64,000 bases of DNA, from the IMG/VR virus record IMGVR_UViG_3300045988_137393, one strand, 5' to 3'. This document shows positions 63,721 to 64,000 of this stretch, piece by piece; position 1 is the first letter of the stretch, and the number at the start of each line of letters is the position of its first letter. A program made the translations under genes and the position numbers. Origin of the DNA: a virus. The notes below the pieces were generated by a model. It was not told where the DNA came from. It did no database searches and saw only the letters and a list, made by a program, of their open reading frames with translations.

Positions 63721-63927
63721 TTGGAATGGATTAAATGTGTCGAAGGACAAATGCCCGAAGATGATAAAAGATACGAAGGTAAGAAAGTAATTAATGTACT
63801 TGTTACTACGAATAGAGGCATGGTAACAAAAGTACAAAGACAACGCTATGATGGGACATGGTTTTGGGGAAGAATTAATGGTGGCATGAAAGCTTGGATG
63901 CCGTTGCCTGAACCATACAGAGAATAA
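63721..63927 (+). CDS. DUF551-like protein
   Basis: TTG start after GAGGTGA; MEWIKCVEGQMPED...VLVTT...WMPLPEPY. Confidence 0.6.
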   Translation: MEWIKCVEGQMPEDDKRYEGKKVINVLVTTNRGMVTKVQRQRYDGTWFWGRINGGMKAWMPLPEPYRE

Positions 63928-63939
63928 GCGAGGTAAAAT

Positions 63940-64000
63940 ATGAGAAAAAGTAAATTTACATATCCAAAATGTCCATATTGCAAGAAAGAATATCAAGATG
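63940..64000 (+). CDS. 5' end of a further ORF (truncated by window end)
   Basis: ATG 63940 after GAGGTAA; MRKSKFTYPKCPYCKKEYQD... Confidence 0.4.
   Translation, partial: MRKSKFTYPKCPYCKKEYQD

Noticed and set aside
1-64000. Alternative genetic code / stop-codon reassignment
   Set aside because: Long genes (terL 674 aa, fibre 658 aa, RNAP-like 869 aa, ATPase 866 aa, fusion 735 aa) are uninterrupted under the standard code. tRNA-Trp has a CCA anticodon, and no clean suppressor tRNA was found. The single in-frame TAA at 21273-21275 is isolated.
1-64000. CRISPR array or diversity-generating retroelement
   Set aside because: I saw no regularly spaced 25-40-nt direct repeats. There is no reverse transcriptase ORF and no template/variable repeat pair matching the tail-fibre 3' end.

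Overview
AT-rich 64-kb stretch of a large tailed dsDNA phage or prophage, probably from a low-GC Firmicute-like host. It uses the standard genetic code: long ORFs are intact and there is a tRNA-Trp(CCA). All calls come from manual reading and hand-folding; no database, tRNAscan or Infernal run was possible.

Left arm (1-20.7 kb), transcribed leftward:
- Start of a portal-position gene, terminase large subunit, a putative small terminase and a collagen-like tail fibre.
- A mixed block with a tyrosine recombinase, HNH endonuclease, HU, a metallophosphoesterase and an 869-aa YonO/RdRP-like single-subunit RNA polymerase candidate.
- A rightward Ku gene sits between two tRNAs.
- Seven leftward tRNA or tRNA-like genes (Trp, Pro x2, Glu, Met, Asn and an aberrant Tyr-like one) alternate with unusually long, ORF-free, hairpin-dense segments of about 0.2, 0.9, 0.8 and 0.7 kb. 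These are the strongest candidates for undescribed large structured RNAs.

Divergence zone (20.7-24.0 kb):
- One secreted Big_2 protein gene and a TAA-interrupted ORF.
- A C-depleted block followed by a G-depleted block.
- A further ~0.7-kb structured segment.
- Two non-decoding tRNA-like elements that bracket the first rightward ORF.

Right arm (24-64 kb), transcribed rightward:
- About 75 tightly packed small ORFs, including ParB-like, HicA, DUF551 and DUF262 proteins, zinc ribbons and HTH proteins.
- A second tyrosine recombinase and an XRE/MazF module.
- An IS30-family insertion flanked by 14-bp direct repeats, then tRNA-Gln and a second tRNA-Met.
- A sigma70-DUF262 fusion.
- An AbrB / Ca2+ P-type ATPase / 3x TerD / PspA-like block.
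- A Tpt1(KptA) / CCA-adding enzyme / DHH phosphoesterase RNA-end block.
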